Numbered from the stretch's first letter, positions 36,834-47,942 are shown. The stretch: 64,000 nt of DNA from an uncultured Chloroflexaceae bacterium (GCA_964410555.1 CAYPHM010000009.1:7488-71487); one strand, 5' to 3'. The notes: generated by a model from the letters alone, not told the origin. Numbers and translations are program-made.

Positions 36834-36990
36834 GGCAATTACAAAGTCGCACAATCAAAGAAAATTTGCCCTTCTTGTCCACCCGCTCCCCCTGCCCCCT
36901 CTCCCATAAAGGGCGAGGGAGAGCCAAACATCTCCTTCCCCCGCGGTAGGGGAAAGGACAGGAGATGGGGGTTGCCCAGAGAGTCAGGGG
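36834..36990. repeat. GC-rich repeat (C module in reverse orientation, A unit, degenerate B unit)
   Basis: The reverse complement of 36834-36880 matches 17035-17080 closely by eye. It is followed by CTCCCCCTGCCCCCTCTCCCATAAAGGGCGAGGGAGAG. Confidence 0.9.
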
Positions 36991-37118
36991 AAGGGAAAAA
37001 TGTCTGCTACAACTGTGAATAATACCGTGATTTCCGGTTTGGGGCAATAGTGGTATACTTGGGCAAATGCCGATAACCTTCAGAGGTTCTTCACCAGGAT
37101 CACGACAGGAGCATATAC

Positions 37119-38675
37119 ATGAGTACGCAAAGTACAAGCGAAAAAATAACCTCGCTGCGCGAGCGGCGAGAGCAGATTCTCCGAGGCGACCCCCAAGCTA
37201 TTCAAAGGCAGCATGATCGGGGCAAACTCACCGCCCGCGAACGCATTGATGCACTCCTTGACCCTGGCTCATTTGTTGAGCTAGACGCAATGGCAGTGCA
37301 TCGTACCAGCAGCTTTGGTATGGAAAAGCGCAAGCCAATGGGGGATGGGGTAATTACGGGGCATGGCACAATAGACGGGCGACCTGTCTGTGTATTTTCC
37401 CAAGATTTTACCATTTTTGGTGGGTCACTTGGTGAGGTCTTTGCCGAAAAGATTTGTAAAGTCATGGACCTCGCTATGCAAATGGGGGTTCCTTGTATTG
37501 GAATAAATGATAGTGGCGGGGCGCGTATCCAAGAGGGGGTCGTCTCCCTCGGTGGCTATGCAGACATATTCTACCGGAATGTCCTAAGTAGTGGCGTTAT
37601 TCCCCAACTGTCCATTATTGCCGGTCCGTGTGCAGGTGGGGCAGTCTATTCCCCTGTGATGACCGATTTTATTATCATGGTTAAGCATATCTCGCAAATG
37701 TTCATCACCGGTCCTGATGTCATCCGTACTGTGACAGGTGAAGAGGTGAAAGCTGAAGACCTCGGCGGGGCAATGACGCACAATAGCCGCAGTGGGGTAG
37801 CCCACTTTGCCGCCGACAATGAAGAAGCAGCCCTAGAACAACTCCGCACCCTCTTATCGTTTATTCCATCAAACAATATGGAAGACCCACCATATATCCC
37901 ACCAGAGGACGATCCAGATCGCAAAGATGACCGTTTGCAAACGCTCATCCCTGATAGCCCTCGCCGCCCGTATGATATGATGACGGCGATAGAGTCGGTG
38001 GTAGATGATCATTTCTTCTTTGAAGTGCAACCCTTCTGGGCACGCAATCTCACCATAGGTTTTGCGCGGCTCAATGGGCATGTGGTCGGGATTGTCGCCA
38101 ATCAACCAATGCACCTTGCTGGTACGCTAGATATTGATAGCTCAACGAAGGGCGCACGGTTTGTCCGTTTCTGTGATGCGTTCAATATTCCCCTGCTGAC
38201 CTTTGTAGACGTGCCGGGCTTTTTGCCGGGGACGCAGCAGGAATACGGTGGTATTATTCGCCACGGCGCAAAGTTGCTCTATGCCTATTGTGAGGCAACC
38301 GTCCCCAAATTGACGGTTATTACCCGCAAAGCCTATGGCGGAGCGTATGACGTGATGGCATCCAAGCATGTGCGAGCAGATTTTAACTTCGCTTGGCCCA
38401 CGGCAGAAATTGCCGTGATGGGCGTAGATGCTGCGGTGCGGATTATCTTCCGCAAGGAGCTCGCCGAGGCAGACGACCCAGTGTCACGGCAGGCAGAATT
38501 GGTGGATGACTACCAAAAACGGTTTGCCAACCCCTATGTCGCAGCCGAGCGCGGGTATATTGACGCGGTAATTGAGCCAAACGAGACCCGCCCGGTGCTT
38601 ATTCGCGCCCTTAACCTAGCCCGGACCAAGCGGCAATCGCTGCCATCGCGCAAACATGGGAATATTCCCCTGTAA
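37119..38675 (+). CDS. pccB: Acyl-CoA carboxylase carboxyltransferase (beta) subunit, propionyl-CoA carboxylase/methylmalonyl-CoA decarboxylase type
   Basis: Full-length match to the carboxyl_trans family pattern (..GGARIQEGV..GPCAGGAVYSP..RKAYGGAYDVM..). Confidence 0.9.
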   Translation: MSTQSTSEKITSLRERREQILRGDPQAIQRQHDRGKLTARERIDALLDPGSFVELDAMAVHRTSSFGMEKRKPMGDGVITGHGTIDGRPVCVFSQDFTIFGGSLGEVFAEKICKVMDLAMQMGVPCIGINDSGGARIQEGVVSLGGYADIFYRNVLSSGVIPQLSIIAGPCAGGAVYSPVMTDFIIMVKHISQMFITGPDVIRTVTGEEVKAEDLGGAMTHNSRSGVAHFAADNEEAALEQLRTLLSFIPSNNMEDPPYIPPEDDPDRKDDRLQTLIPDSPRRPYDMMTAIESVVDDHFFFEVQPFWARNLTIGFARLNGHVVGIVANQPMHLAGTLDIDSSTKGARFVRFCDAFNIPLLTFVDVPGFLPGTQQEYGGIIRHGAKLLYAYCEATVPKLTVITRKAYGGAYDVMASKHVRADFNFAWPTAEIAVMGVDAAVRIIFRKELAEADDPVSRQAELVDDYQKRFANPYVAAERGYIDAVIEPNETRPVLIRALNLARTKRQSLPSRKHGNIPL

Positions 38676-38796
38676 TACCAGCGGGGTATGGCAACATTTG
38701 GTTTGCCCCCTCGTCTCATTTGAACCGCGAGTATTAACGAGCGGATGTATGGGGCGAGGGGGCACGGGCTACTTACGCTCTCGACTCGTGCTCACT

Positions 38797-38818
38797 GCCC
38801 CTTGTGGGGGGCTTTTTT
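38797..38818 (+). terminator. Rho-independent terminator after the carboxyltransferase gene
   Basis: GCCCC-loop-GGGGC followed by TTTTTT. Confidence 0.55.
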
Positions 38819-38908
38819 GTCCACATTTCCCCCAAAACTTGAACAACACAAGGGGAATAGAGTATAATAGGAGTATTCTTATATCCTGAGAGAGAAAGGC
38901 TTGCAGGA

Positions 38909-39586
38909 TTGACCGCACTTTCATCAGCAGAAGAACAACTCCAACAGATCGCCCAGGAAGTATCTCGCTGCAACCTTTGCCCATTGCATCGAGGACGGGT
39001 AAACGCTGTTGCAGGCGAGGGACCAGCCGATGCCGATATTATGCTCATTGGCGAAGGTCCTGGCTATCATGAGGACCGTCAGGGTCGCCCTTTTGTGGGG
39101 CAATCTGGCAAATTTCTTGATGAACTGCTCCATATGGCAGGGTTACAACGGCAAGAGGTGTTTATTGGCAATGTCATCAAATGCCGTGCGCCACAAAACC
39201 GAGACCCAATACCTGACGAGATCGAAACGTGTACCACAACCTACCTGTTTCGCCAGGTTGAAGTAATAAACCCCAAAGTCATTGTGACGTTAGGGCGTTT
39301 CTCTATGTCTCTCTATGTCAAAGGGGGCAAAATTTCTGTTATTCACGGGCAACCCCGTATGATTAACGGACGGGTTGTCGTTCCCATGATGCACCCGGCT
39401 GCCGCGCTTCATCAGCCAAAAAACCGGCCATTGATTGAAGCAGATTTTCGCCAATTGCCAGAGATTTTGGCAGAAGCGCAGCAACGGGAACAAGCCGCCA
39501 GCACCACCGCCAGCGGTGATGCAGCGCATGCCGCATCTTCTGACACACCAGATACCAGTACGACAGAACAGTTGAGTATGTTTTGA
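38909..39586 (+). CDS. udg: Uracil-DNA glycosylase, family 4 (Fe-S type)
   Basis: CNLCPLH, GEGPGYHED, GKFLD and VIKCRAP motifs. TTG start. Confidence 0.85.
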   Translation: MTALSSAEEQLQQIAQEVSRCNLCPLHRGRVNAVAGEGPADADIMLIGEGPGYHEDRQGRPFVGQSGKFLDELLHMAGLQRQEVFIGNVIKCRAPQNRDPIPDEIETCTTTYLFRQVEVINPKVIVTLGRFSMSLYVKGGKISVIHGQPRMINGRVVVPMMHPAAALHQPKNRPLIEADFRQLPEILAEAQQREQAASTTASGDAAHAASSDTPDTSTTEQLSMF

Positions 39587-40170
39587 TGCAAACCTACCGT
39601 CTTTCCGCTCAAGGTCGCCGTACCACTCTCATTCTCCTGGTTGGCGCATTTGCCATATGGGGCTTTGCGCTGTGGAGTTTTCGTTCCACCCTGAACCTGA
39701 GCTATGCCCCCCGCCAGTTTTTGCCTACGCTCAATGCGAGCATAGCGGATGGACTGACGATTAGCCAGATTGTCCCCGCTGTACTGATGCTGGTCTTGAT
39801 TGTCGCTACCCCGTTGCTCATCTGGAATCTGATCGAGGAATGGGGAGCAAGCTATACCCCCACTGAGGAAGGGCTACGGTTTGAGTCCCTGTTGGGCATA
39901 GCCATTACCTATCCCTGGGAGTCGCTCCGTATGCTGCGCCGCGTGGATGATGATAGTGATGACCCCCTGGACGAACTGCTTATCAACGGGAACTACTCCA
40001 ACCAGATAGGTAACCCTGTGGTACGCTTTCTCCACAACCAAGCCTATGGGCGCAACACCTTGCCCATCTATGCCGGACTTGAATCCCGCGATTCGCTGTT
40101 GGCGACGATTACGCAGCATATCGCAACTGACCAAGACATGACGTTACAAGAGGACTATCAAAACGCTTGA
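39586..40170 (+). CDS. Hypothetical membrane protein (two TM segments plus a soluble C-terminal domain)
   Basis: The ATG overlaps the UDG stop (TGATG). Hydrophobic helices TLILLVGAFAIWGFALW and IVPAVLMLVLIVATPLLIW. Confidence 0.5.
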   Translation: MQTYRLSAQGRRTTLILLVGAFAIWGFALWSFRSTLNLSYAPRQFLPTLNASIADGLTISQIVPAVLMLVLIVATPLLIWNLIEEWGASYTPTEEGLRFESLLGIAITYPWESLRMLRRVDDDSDDPLDELLINGNYSNQIGNPVVRFLHNQAYGRNTLPIYAGLESRDSLLATITQHIATDQDMTLQEDYQNA

Positions 40171-40280
40171 AAGGAGCTTATGATACCCCTCTGGAAATTG
40201 TCATTGTATACTCCTGCTCCAAGCAGTTTGGAGAGGACATGGAAAACCAATAAAATCACTTAGTACCAGATTAGAAACCT

Positions 40281-41954
40281 ATGACATCAGATTACATTCG
40301 TACAATAGCCCTCGGAGGGGCTGGATCAATAGGACGCAACATGTGGGCGTTGGAATACGGCGAGGAAATTATCATCCTTGATTGTGGGATTATGTTCCCC
40401 GAAGATGATATGCTTGGCGTAGACCTCGTACTCCCCGATGTGTCCTATCTTATGGACAAATTAGACCGTATCAAGGCTATTTTGCTCACGCATGGACACG
40501 AAGACCATATCGGCGCAACCCCGTATCTTATCAAGCAATTGGGGTTTCCCCCGATTTATGGGACTTCCCTCACGCTTGGCATTGTCAAGCACAAGCTCAA
40601 AGAACACCGTCTCCTGGACAAGGCAACACTCAATACCTTTCAAGACAACGGTCAGTTTCAGGTAGGGTCATTTGCGGTTGAAGCCTTCCCCATTTCCCAC
40701 TCCATCCCTGATGCGGTTGGCTTTGGGGTGACTACTCCCGCTGGCTTGATTGTCTATCTTACCGACTGGAAATTTGACCACACCCCTGTAGACGGCAAAG
40801 CAACGGATATTCCCAAACTGGCAGACTTTGGGAAACGCAAACCACTGCTGCTCATTACCGACTGTGTGCGTGTGGAATCCAAAGGCTCTACCCCAAGCGA
40901 GACAACCGTGGGAGAAGCCTTTGATAATATCTTTGCCACGGCACCGGGGCGGATTATTATGGCGACCTTTGCCTCAAATATTGGGCGGGTGCAGCAGGCG
41001 ATAGACTCGGCAGAGGCGTATGACCGCAAGGTGGTACTGGTTGGGCGCAGTATGGAGAACATTAGCCGCATTGGGCTGGAGCTTGGCTTTTTGCATGCCA
41101 ACCCAAGTACGCTCATCCGTCCCCACGAAATGAATAGCTACCCAGACGAACAGGTCGCCATTGTCTGCACGGGGAGCCAGGGGGAACCGATGTCGGTTAT
41201 GAGCCGCATTTCCAACCGCGACCATCAGCACATCCACGTCAAGAAGGGCGACACGGTAGTCTTTTCTGCCACGCCTATTCCTGGCAACGAGGTGTCGGTG
41301 AGTCGGGTCATCAACAACCTGTTCCGGTTGGGGGCAGATGTTATCTATGGCAGCAGTGCGGGGGTGCATGTCTCTGGACACGCCGCGCAAGAAGAGCTTA
41401 AGATGCTGCTGGCGCTCCTGCGTCCAGAGTTTGTGCTGCCGTTTCACGGCGACTACCGTCACCAGATGCTCTACAAGAAAATGGCTCTTGGGATGGGCGG
41501 TGTCTTTCGGGATGAGCATATCCTGTTGCCAGATGATGGCTCCCTGATGGAGTTTCGCCGTGGTTCAGGAAAGCTCGTGCGAAAAGAGCAGGTCGGCTTT
41601 ATCTATGTAGATGGAATGACAGTAGGGGATGTAGACAATGTGGTCGTGCGTGATCGGCAGATGCTCTCCAAAGATGGCATCCTCATGGTCGTGGTCAGCA
41701 TAGACCGCACCACTGGCGCACTGCTGGCAGGTCCCGATATTGTTTCGCGGGGGTTTGTCTACATGCGCCAAAATGTCGAGTTGATAGATTCAACCAAGCT
41801 GGCTGTCCGTGAATCGCTTGGCAACGGCGATCAGGATATGGCACAAATGGATACCAACTTTGTGAACCGCAAGATCAAAGATGTAGTAAGCCAATTTTTG
41901 TACCGTGAAACGAGGCGGCGACCTATGGTCTTGCCAGTTGTCATGGAGGTGTGA
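40281..41954 (+). CDS. rnj: Ribonuclease J
   Basis: Metallo-beta-lactamase HGHEDHIG, beta-CASP region, and a C-terminal domain; 557 aa. Confidence 0.9.
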   Translation: MTSDYIRTIALGGAGSIGRNMWALEYGEEIIILDCGIMFPEDDMLGVDLVLPDVSYLMDKLDRIKAILLTHGHEDHIGATPYLIKQLGFPPIYGTSLTLGIVKHKLKEHRLLDKATLNTFQDNGQFQVGSFAVEAFPISHSIPDAVGFGVTTPAGLIVYLTDWKFDHTPVDGKATDIPKLADFGKRKPLLLITDCVRVESKGSTPSETTVGEAFDNIFATAPGRIIMATFASNIGRVQQAIDSAEAYDRKVVLVGRSMENISRIGLELGFLHANPSTLIRPHEMNSYPDEQVAIVCTGSQGEPMSVMSRISNRDHQHIHVKKGDTVVFSATPIPGNEVSVSRVINNLFRLGADVIYGSSAGVHVSGHAAQEELKMLLALLRPEFVLPFHGDYRHQMLYKKMALGMGGVFRDEHILLPDDGSLMEFRRGSGKLVRKEQVGFIYVDGMTVGDVDNVVVRDRQMLSKDGILMVVVSIDRTTGALLAGPDIVSRGFVYMRQNVELIDSTKLAVRESLGNGDQDMAQMDTNFVNRKIKDVVSQFLYRETRRRPMVLPVVMEV

Positions 41955-44557
41955 TGGCTTCCGGCGGAAGCAGCAGAAAATCATCAAAGGGCGGGACTTC
42001 GCGGAGTAAATCTTCTGGAACGTCCCGCTCCTCATCCCGATCAACTACCCGGCGACGGACTTCATCTCGATCCCGCAAATCCCAGGCGAGTGTTTTTCCC
42101 ATTTCGTTGCGTCCTGAACACCAGCGAGAGCTGTTTGCGCTTGGGTTGATTACCCTTGCGCTGGTGACGATTATCTTTTTCATCACGGGCAATGCTGGCG
42201 GTATCGGCAAAATCTACCTGTTGGGGGTGCGTCACTTGTTTGGCAGTGGGGCGTTAGTTGTCCCCTTCGCACTAGGTATCTTGGGGGTAGCTATCCTGCT
42301 CCAAGAATTGTTTGTCGAAGATGCGCCCTTTTCGGGAGCCAATGTGGTAGGGACGTTGCTCATCCTCAGTATGGTGCTGGCATTGCTAGAGTTTCCCATC
42401 CACGATACCCCGATGGACTTTCGCAACAACAAGGGCGGAGGCTTGGCAGGCTTTGCGCTGGTCTACATCTTGGATACTATTATTGGGCGACCTGCCGCAT
42501 TAGTTGTGGTGATTATGCTGATGTTGGTCGGTATTCTGCTGACCTTCAATATTACACTGCGCGAACTCATACCGGGTATGCTGGCGTGGTTGGGCAACAT
42601 TTGGGCGATGCTTTGGGGAGGGTCACGCCGCACACTGGATGAACAGCAGCGTAGCAGCGGCAAAGGCAAAGAGCAGGCGCAAACAGCCTATACCCCGCTT
42701 GACCCTGCGGATGTTGTCCTCACCCCCATTGCCGAACGTCCTACCCGTGCCAGTCTCTTTCGCCGTCCGCAGTCGTCTGAGGAGGAGGAAAAAACAGAAG
42801 AGACGGAACAGCCTCCATCTGAAGCTGCACCCAAGCCCCCACAACAATCAAAAGAGACTGCCCAACCTGCCAAGAGTAGCAGTAGTGCCAAGCCATCTGC
42901 TGCCGATAAGCCGGAAGAATCGGCTCAAGGCGAAGAGAGCGAAAAAGGTATCTCCCAAGAACGGTTTGAGGAGATAGATGTCCCCACGTTGCACCTTGCT
43001 TGGCCCCTGCCCTCGCTTGAGATGCTCGACAGACCCACCGAAGACATAGCCAAAGATACCGATAGGCTCACCAAACTCGCCCGATTGATTGAAGAGACGC
43101 TAGGCAGTTTCAAGGTAGAGGCGCAGGTGGTGGGGGTAAATACGGGGCCTGTAATTACGCAGTTTGAACTCCAGCCGGGCGTGGGGGTAAAGATTAGCAA
43201 GATTACCACGCTGGAAAAGGACCTCGCGCTTGCGCTTGCGGCTCCCTCTATACGACTAGAAGCACCTATCCCTGGCAAGGCGGCGGTGGGGATCGAGATA
43301 CCCAATTCGGCAATCTCGGTGGTGACGCTGTATGAGGTAATAGAGAGCGAAGCCTTCGCCACCAACCGCGGGAAACTGCGTATCCCCCTCGGCAAAGATG
43401 TCACCGGTGTGCCACGGGTGGCAGATATGACCAAGATGCCGCACCTGCTCGTTGCGGGTAGCACGGGGAGCGGTAAGTCAGTGGCGATTAACTCCTTCTT
43501 GTGTGGGCTGCTGCTCAAGCATACGCCAGACGAACTGCGAATGATCATGATTGACCCAAAGATGGTTGAGCTTATCGTTTACAACCGTATTCCCCATTTG
43601 CTATCGCCGGTGGTGACGGAGCTCGAGCGGGTGGTACCAACGCTCAAGTGGGCAACCCGCGAAATGGAGCGGCGATACAAGATATTTGCCCGCCACGGCT
43701 GCCGCAATCTGGAGGGCTACCAGAAACGGACACAAACGAAAAGCGACCTAGAACCAATGCCGTATATCTTGATTGTGATTGATGAATTGGCAGACCTGAT
43801 GATGATGGCTCCTGATGAGGTAGAGACGCAAATATGCCGGTTGGCGCAGATGGCACGGGCTACGGGTATCCACTTGATCATTGCCACGCAGCGTCCTTCG
43901 GTAGATGTGATTACCGGCTTGATTAAGGCAAACTTCCCTTCGCGGGTGGCGTTTGGGGTGACATCGCAGGTAGATAGTCGGGTTATTATTGATGGTCCGG
44001 GGGCAGAGCGGTTGCTTGGGCGCGGCGATATGCTGTATATGTCAGCAGATAGTGCTAAACTCATCCGTATGCAGGGGACGTTTGTTTCAGACCGTGAGGT
44101 GGAGCAGATTGTCAATTTCTGGCGGGCAGCTACGCCACCTGAACATATAGCTGCCAGTAAGCAGAAAGAAAAGGCAATGCGGGGCGGCGGCAGCAGCGGT
44201 GGCGGTTATGGTGATGGTCAGCAGCGTCCCCGTGCCGAGCAACGTCCGGTGTCGGCTGCGTCTGCTCGTGGGGGCAACCAGGCGAGCCAGTCTGATCGGG
44301 TGTCCAACCCGGCATCATCGGATGAAACGTTTGTGTCGCCGGGGGGGTTTTTGAGTTCAGATGAGCAGGATACGCTGTTGCCGCAGGCGTTGGAGTTGGT
44401 GCAACAGCACAAGCGGGCTTCAGCTTCGTTGCTGCAACGGCGGCTGCGAATTGGCTATAGCAAGGCAACACAGTTGATTGACCTGTTGGAGCAGCAGGGG
44501 GTATTGGGACCGGCGGATGAGGGTCGCTCGCGTGAGGTGCTGGATCGGGGAGATTGA
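41951..44557 (+). CDS. ftsK: DNA translocase FtsK/SpoIIIE with a Ser/Arg-rich N-terminus
   Basis: TM segments, a Pro/Ser/Glu-rich linker, motor domain GSTGSGKSV (Walker A) and VIDELADLMM, and a C-terminal gamma wHTH (ASASLLQRRLRIGYSKATQLIDLLE). Confidence 0.92.
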   Translation: MMASGGSSRKSSKGGTSRSKSSGTSRSSSRSTTRRRTSSRSRKSQASVFPISLRPEHQRELFALGLITLALVTIIFFITGNAGGIGKIYLLGVRHLFGSGALVVPFALGILGVAILLQELFVEDAPFSGANVVGTLLILSMVLALLEFPIHDTPMDFRNNKGGGLAGFALVYILDTIIGRPAALVVVIMLMLVGILLTFNITLRELIPGMLAWLGNIWAMLWGGSRRTLDEQQRSSGKGKEQAQTAYTPLDPADVVLTPIAERPTRASLFRRPQSSEEEEKTEETEQPPSEAAPKPPQQSKETAQPAKSSSSAKPSAADKPEESAQGEESEKGISQERFEEIDVPTLHLAWPLPSLEMLDRPTEDIAKDTDRLTKLARLIEETLGSFKVEAQVVGVNTGPVITQFELQPGVGVKISKITTLEKDLALALAAPSIRLEAPIPGKAAVGIEIPNSAISVVTLYEVIESEAFATNRGKLRIPLGKDVTGVPRVADMTKMPHLLVAGSTGSGKSVAINSFLCGLLLKHTPDELRMIMIDPKMVELIVYNRIPHLLSPVVTELERVVPTLKWATREMERRYKIFARHGCRNLEGYQKRTQTKSDLEPMPYILIVIDELADLMMMAPDEVETQICRLAQMARATGIHLIIATQRPSVDVITGLIKANFPSRVAFGVTSQVDSRVIIDGPGAERLLGRGDMLYMSADSAKLIRMQGTFVSDREVEQIVNFWRAATPPEHIAASKQKEKAMRGGGSSGGGYGDGQQRPRAEQRPVSAASARGGNQASQSDRVSNPASSDETFVSPGGFLSSDEQDTLLPQALELVQQHKRASASLLQRRLRIGYSKATQLIDLLEQQGVLGPADEGRSREVLDRGD

Positions 44558-44645
44558 CTCCTACAAGGGTAGGTCTACCGGGCAAAACCCACCACACAGA
44601 AACACGGAGGTACCCGGAGTCGGGGCAAGAGATTCCCGACTGTCC

Positions 44646-44666
44646 GGTAGGTCACATTGACCTACC
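44646..44666. terminator. Hairpin between convergent ftsK and the M23 peptidase gene
   Basis: GGTAGGTCA-CAT-TGACCTACC, a perfect 9-bp stem. It is preceded by a D-type repeat module at 44564-44592. Confidence 0.45.
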
Positions 44667-44679
44667 CATAAAAGCTGAC

Positions 44680-46470
44680 CTACCCTTCCACCGGTACCCA
44701 CATCACCGCATCCACCCATACGCCATTGCCAACATCGCCTGCCAACGTGCTCAAGCTAACCCAACTAGACTCCCCTGCCACAAATGGGAATATCCCCAAG
44801 TCTGCCCACCCATTCACTAACTCCCGATTGTCTACCACTACATCAACGGGACCATACGCTGTATGCACCCGATAGCGTGCCGCCTCGGTTTCCGATAGCC
44901 CATTCAACGCATAGGGGATATAAGCCAACACCCGATACTCGCCTTGCGCTGGCAACAATGGCTGCCACACCGCCACCGATGGCGTGATGGGACGGCTTAC
45001 CTGCCACGGCAACCGATCAAACATCCCACGGTCTGTTGGTAGGTAGAGCGCACTGCCCCCATAGCCCGGTGTTGCCTGCTGCCACGCTCCCCGTGCGCGA
45101 AAGTGTGCCGACGAGTCATCTACGACAATCGCTTCAGCAGGAGGATCACCACATGGGTTTACCAAGTCGCGCCAAAGCCAGCGACTCTCCTGCCCCGCCG
45201 GGTTTTCTGCCCACGCATCGGGACCATCAGCACACCAGCCATAGGGATCAACATCGCGTCCAAGATACTGCACCTGGAAATGGAGATGGGGACCCTCAGA
45301 GCAGCCGGTTTCACCAGCATACCCAAGCATTGCCCCCTGCGCTACGTCTTGCCCCCGTTCTACATTGAGGGTGCTAAGGTGCCAGTAGAGGGTGCGATAG
45401 CCGTTGTGGTGGTCTATGATAACCGCACGAGCGGGGGTATCACAGCCATCATTGGAATTGCCCACAAACACCACCCGCCCCGCTGCCGCTGCCAACACCC
45501 GGTCTACCTGGGTCAACGCATAATCCCAACCGGGGTGTCCATCGTAGGGTATCCGCCCATCTAGTACGCCCCAATAGGAGAGCAAATCGCCATCCTCTTG
45601 GAGAAACGGGGCATTGTGGTCAAAAAAAGCTGTCACACGGAAGGGATGGTCCATAGGCAGCGCAAGAAACGGCTCTGCCGGTGGGTGCCAATCTGTTGGG
45701 GGCTGCCGTGGATCATCAAACAACCACGTATATGTATCCACAAAATTATTAAGCATAGAGGGCAGGGTATCAGCGGTGGTCGTTTTTGCTAGGGCGCGGG
45801 AGAGCACATAGCGCGAAAGCGAAATGTCGGCAGGGACAGCTTGTTGGGTGCCATCAGCAAAGATCAATGCCGGCAAAGCCCCATCCGCCGCATGCAGCGC
45901 ATAATCGCGGAGGGCAAAGCGGAGGTCAATTGCCCCCTGCCGCAACTGCCGATAAAGTCCTGTTACCTCTGGTTTGCCCATTGCATAGGTAAATTGCTCT
46001 TCAGTCGGATTGGGTGTTGAGAGGAGTTGGCTATGCAATTCAAGCCTTGCCAACAGAATTTGGGGATTGATGTTATAGAGTACCGCAGTACGCACAAGCA
46101 CCTCAGCAAATGACTGGGTGCGATCCCCAATGGTAAAGGTGATGTCTTTGAGCGGACCAGGATATTCAACCAATATCTGCTCTATCTCTGGTACGTAGAA
46201 GTCCGGGGCATAGCTCAACCGTTGGGGGTCAAAGAGCGTATCTCCAGGAACCACCGCGATTGGTATGGGCGATGGGGTAGCATGGAGCGTAGGCTTGGAT
46301 ATGGTAGCTGTGGGGGGGGGACCCTTAGCCGTTGTAGGAGGAGCAGGGACTGTGGGGGTGGGCTGCTGTCCTGTAGGCGCAGTCCCACACCCCGCGAGTA
46401 CTCCCACGAGCAGAGCTAATCCCAACAAACCCACCACCCAAGCCTGTCGCAGAGTACGATGTCTTACCAT
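44680..46470 (-). CDS. M23 (LytM) family metallopeptidase lipoprotein
   Basis: HPGWDY, GYRTLYWHLS and GETGCSEGPHLHFQV motifs. Lipobox LVGVLAGCG follows the ATG at 46470; the ORF track start at 46608 would overlap the upstream gene. Confidence 0.8.
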   Translation of the reverse strand: MVRHRTLRQAWVVGLLGLALLVGVLAGCGTAPTGQQPTPTVPAPPTTAKGPPPTATISKPTLHATPSPIPIAVVPGDTLFDPQRLSYAPDFYVPEIEQILVEYPGPLKDITFTIGDRTQSFAEVLVRTAVLYNINPQILLARLELHSQLLSTPNPTEEQFTYAMGKPEVTGLYRQLRQGAIDLRFALRDYALHAADGALPALIFADGTQQAVPADISLSRYVLSRALAKTTTADTLPSMLNNFVDTYTWLFDDPRQPPTDWHPPAEPFLALPMDHPFRVTAFFDHNAPFLQEDGDLLSYWGVLDGRIPYDGHPGWDYALTQVDRVLAAAAGRVVFVGNSNDGCDTPARAVIIDHHNGYRTLYWHLSTLNVERGQDVAQGAMLGYAGETGCSEGPHLHFQVQYLGRDVDPYGWCADGPDAWAENPAGQESRWLWRDLVNPCGDPPAEAIVVDDSSAHFRARGAWQQATPGYGGSALYLPTDRGMFDRLPWQVSRPITPSVAVWQPLLPAQGEYRVLAYIPYALNGLSETEAARYRVHTAYGPVDVVVDNRELVNGWADLGIFPFVAGESSWVSLSTLAGDVGNGVWVDAVMWVPVEG

Positions 46471-46492
46471 AATTTCGAGTTTGTCTCTATAC

Positions 46493-47677
46493 CTATTGGC
46501 TATCCATGTAGGCAATCCATTGCTGTGGGTTGCGTATCTCTTCCAGCGTTGGCAGGTTCTCGGCACATTCCCACACCTGCGAGGCAAAGCTGATGCCGCG
46601 TTCGGCAACTACCGCATTGACGAAGGCTTCGCCCTGCTTATACTGCTCCATCTTGAGGTCCATACCGGTTATGCGATAGAAGAGTTGCTCAAACAGCGTC
46701 TTAGATCGCTGGCGTTGCTCCATGCGCTTTTCAATATCGTGAAAGGATGGCAACAGCTGACTGCCAATAGCATTCATAATATGATTGCTATAGCCTTCAA
46801 CCAGCGACATCAGGGCTTGGAGTTGCTCAAAAATGCGGCGTTGTTCGGGGGTAAGCACCATCTCGATCCAGTGCTTATCTTTGTCAGCGTTTTGTATAAG
46901 CCGCTGGATAATGCTTGGTAGCCCCTTGCCAAGCATAGACATTTGCGAATTGAGACTGTCAAAATAGGCTTGTAGCAAGCCACGGAAGTGGTCGCGCACC
47001 CACGGATAGGCTTCAAACTCAAAGGCGTGGGTTGTTTCGTGTAGGGCTATCCAGAGGCGGAAATCCTCATCATTGAGCTGGAGTCGAGTCTGCACACGGG
47101 CAATATTTGGCTCTACATAGTAGAGTGCGCCCGTGGTGGATGGTTCGGGAGAGAGCAAACTTAGGTCATACTGCCCAAGTACGCGCTTGCCCAGGAAACC
47201 AAGCAACATCCCAATTTGTGCTCCGATAAGGTGTCCGTTGATGTCACCAAACATGAGGGACAATGCCCCACGACCCTCACTGCTCTGGCTATACATTTCC
47301 TCAATAGGCTTGAACAGTTCTTCAAATGAGGCAAAGTTGGCTTCGAGCCACTCCCGGCGATCAAAGACATAGACCCGATCTATTGGGTTGGGGAGTTGCA
47401 CATTGAGATACTCCGCAATGAGTGGCTCACTACGCTTAACCAAACGGGTATATTGCTCTTGGCGAGCAGCACGATTGGGTAAGGGGGCTTGCTCCCATTG
47501 CGACACCCGCAGGGCAACCTTGCGAGCTTGTTGCCAGTCTATCAACGACTTGGGGGTTGTGCGGGTACGGGCAACACGGGCACGGTTCTCTATATAGTAA
47601 CGGACCCCCGTACCGGCAACAAGTCCTAGCAAGAGGTAGAGTCCTATTCGGCGGAGGTCACGGTGATCATTAGCCAC
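46493..47677 (-). CDS. Zinc-dependent metalloprotease, DUF2342-like
   Basis: LHETTHAFEF (HExxH) and an N-terminal TM anchor. Confidence 0.7.
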   Translation of the reverse strand: MANDHRDLRRIGLYLLLGLVAGTGVRYYIENRARVARTRTTPKSLIDWQQARKVALRVSQWEQAPLPNRAARQEQYTRLVKRSEPLIAEYLNVQLPNPIDRVYVFDRREWLEANFASFEELFKPIEEMYSQSSEGRGALSLMFGDINGHLIGAQIGMLLGFLGKRVLGQYDLSLLSPEPSTTGALYYVEPNIARVQTRLQLNDEDFRLWIALHETTHAFEFEAYPWVRDHFRGLLQAYFDSLNSQMSMLGKGLPSIIQRLIQNADKDKHWIEMVLTPEQRRIFEQLQALMSLVEGYSNHIMNAIGSQLLPSFHDIEKRMEQRQRSKTLFEQLFYRITGMDLKMEQYKQGEAFVNAVVAERGISFASQVWECAENLPTLEEIRNPQQWIAYMDSQ

Positions 47678-47769
47678 GAAAATTTATCCTTTCATAGATT
47701 ATGTACTTCGTCTTCATTGAAGGAGACCCTACCCCTAGTGTATCATGTGTGCGTAAGTGGTTCAAGTTG

Positions 47770-47942
47770 GGGGCGGGGACAACAACCCGTGTTCCCCCCT
47801 GCCCCCTGCTCCCATAGGGCGAGGGGGAGCCGATTCCCCTTCTCCCATGTAGTGGGGCGGGGCAAGAGGATGAGGACTGCCCGGTGCTCGTTCCCCTTCT
47901 CCCACATAGTAGGACGCGGACGGAAAACGGGGGGATGAGGAT
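47770..47942. repeat. GC-rich modular repeat cluster (degenerate A/B units)
   Basis: TTCCCCCCTGCCCCCTGCTCCCATAGGGCGAGGGGGAGCCGATTCCCCTTCTCCCATGTAGTGGGGCGGGG... Confidence 0.85.
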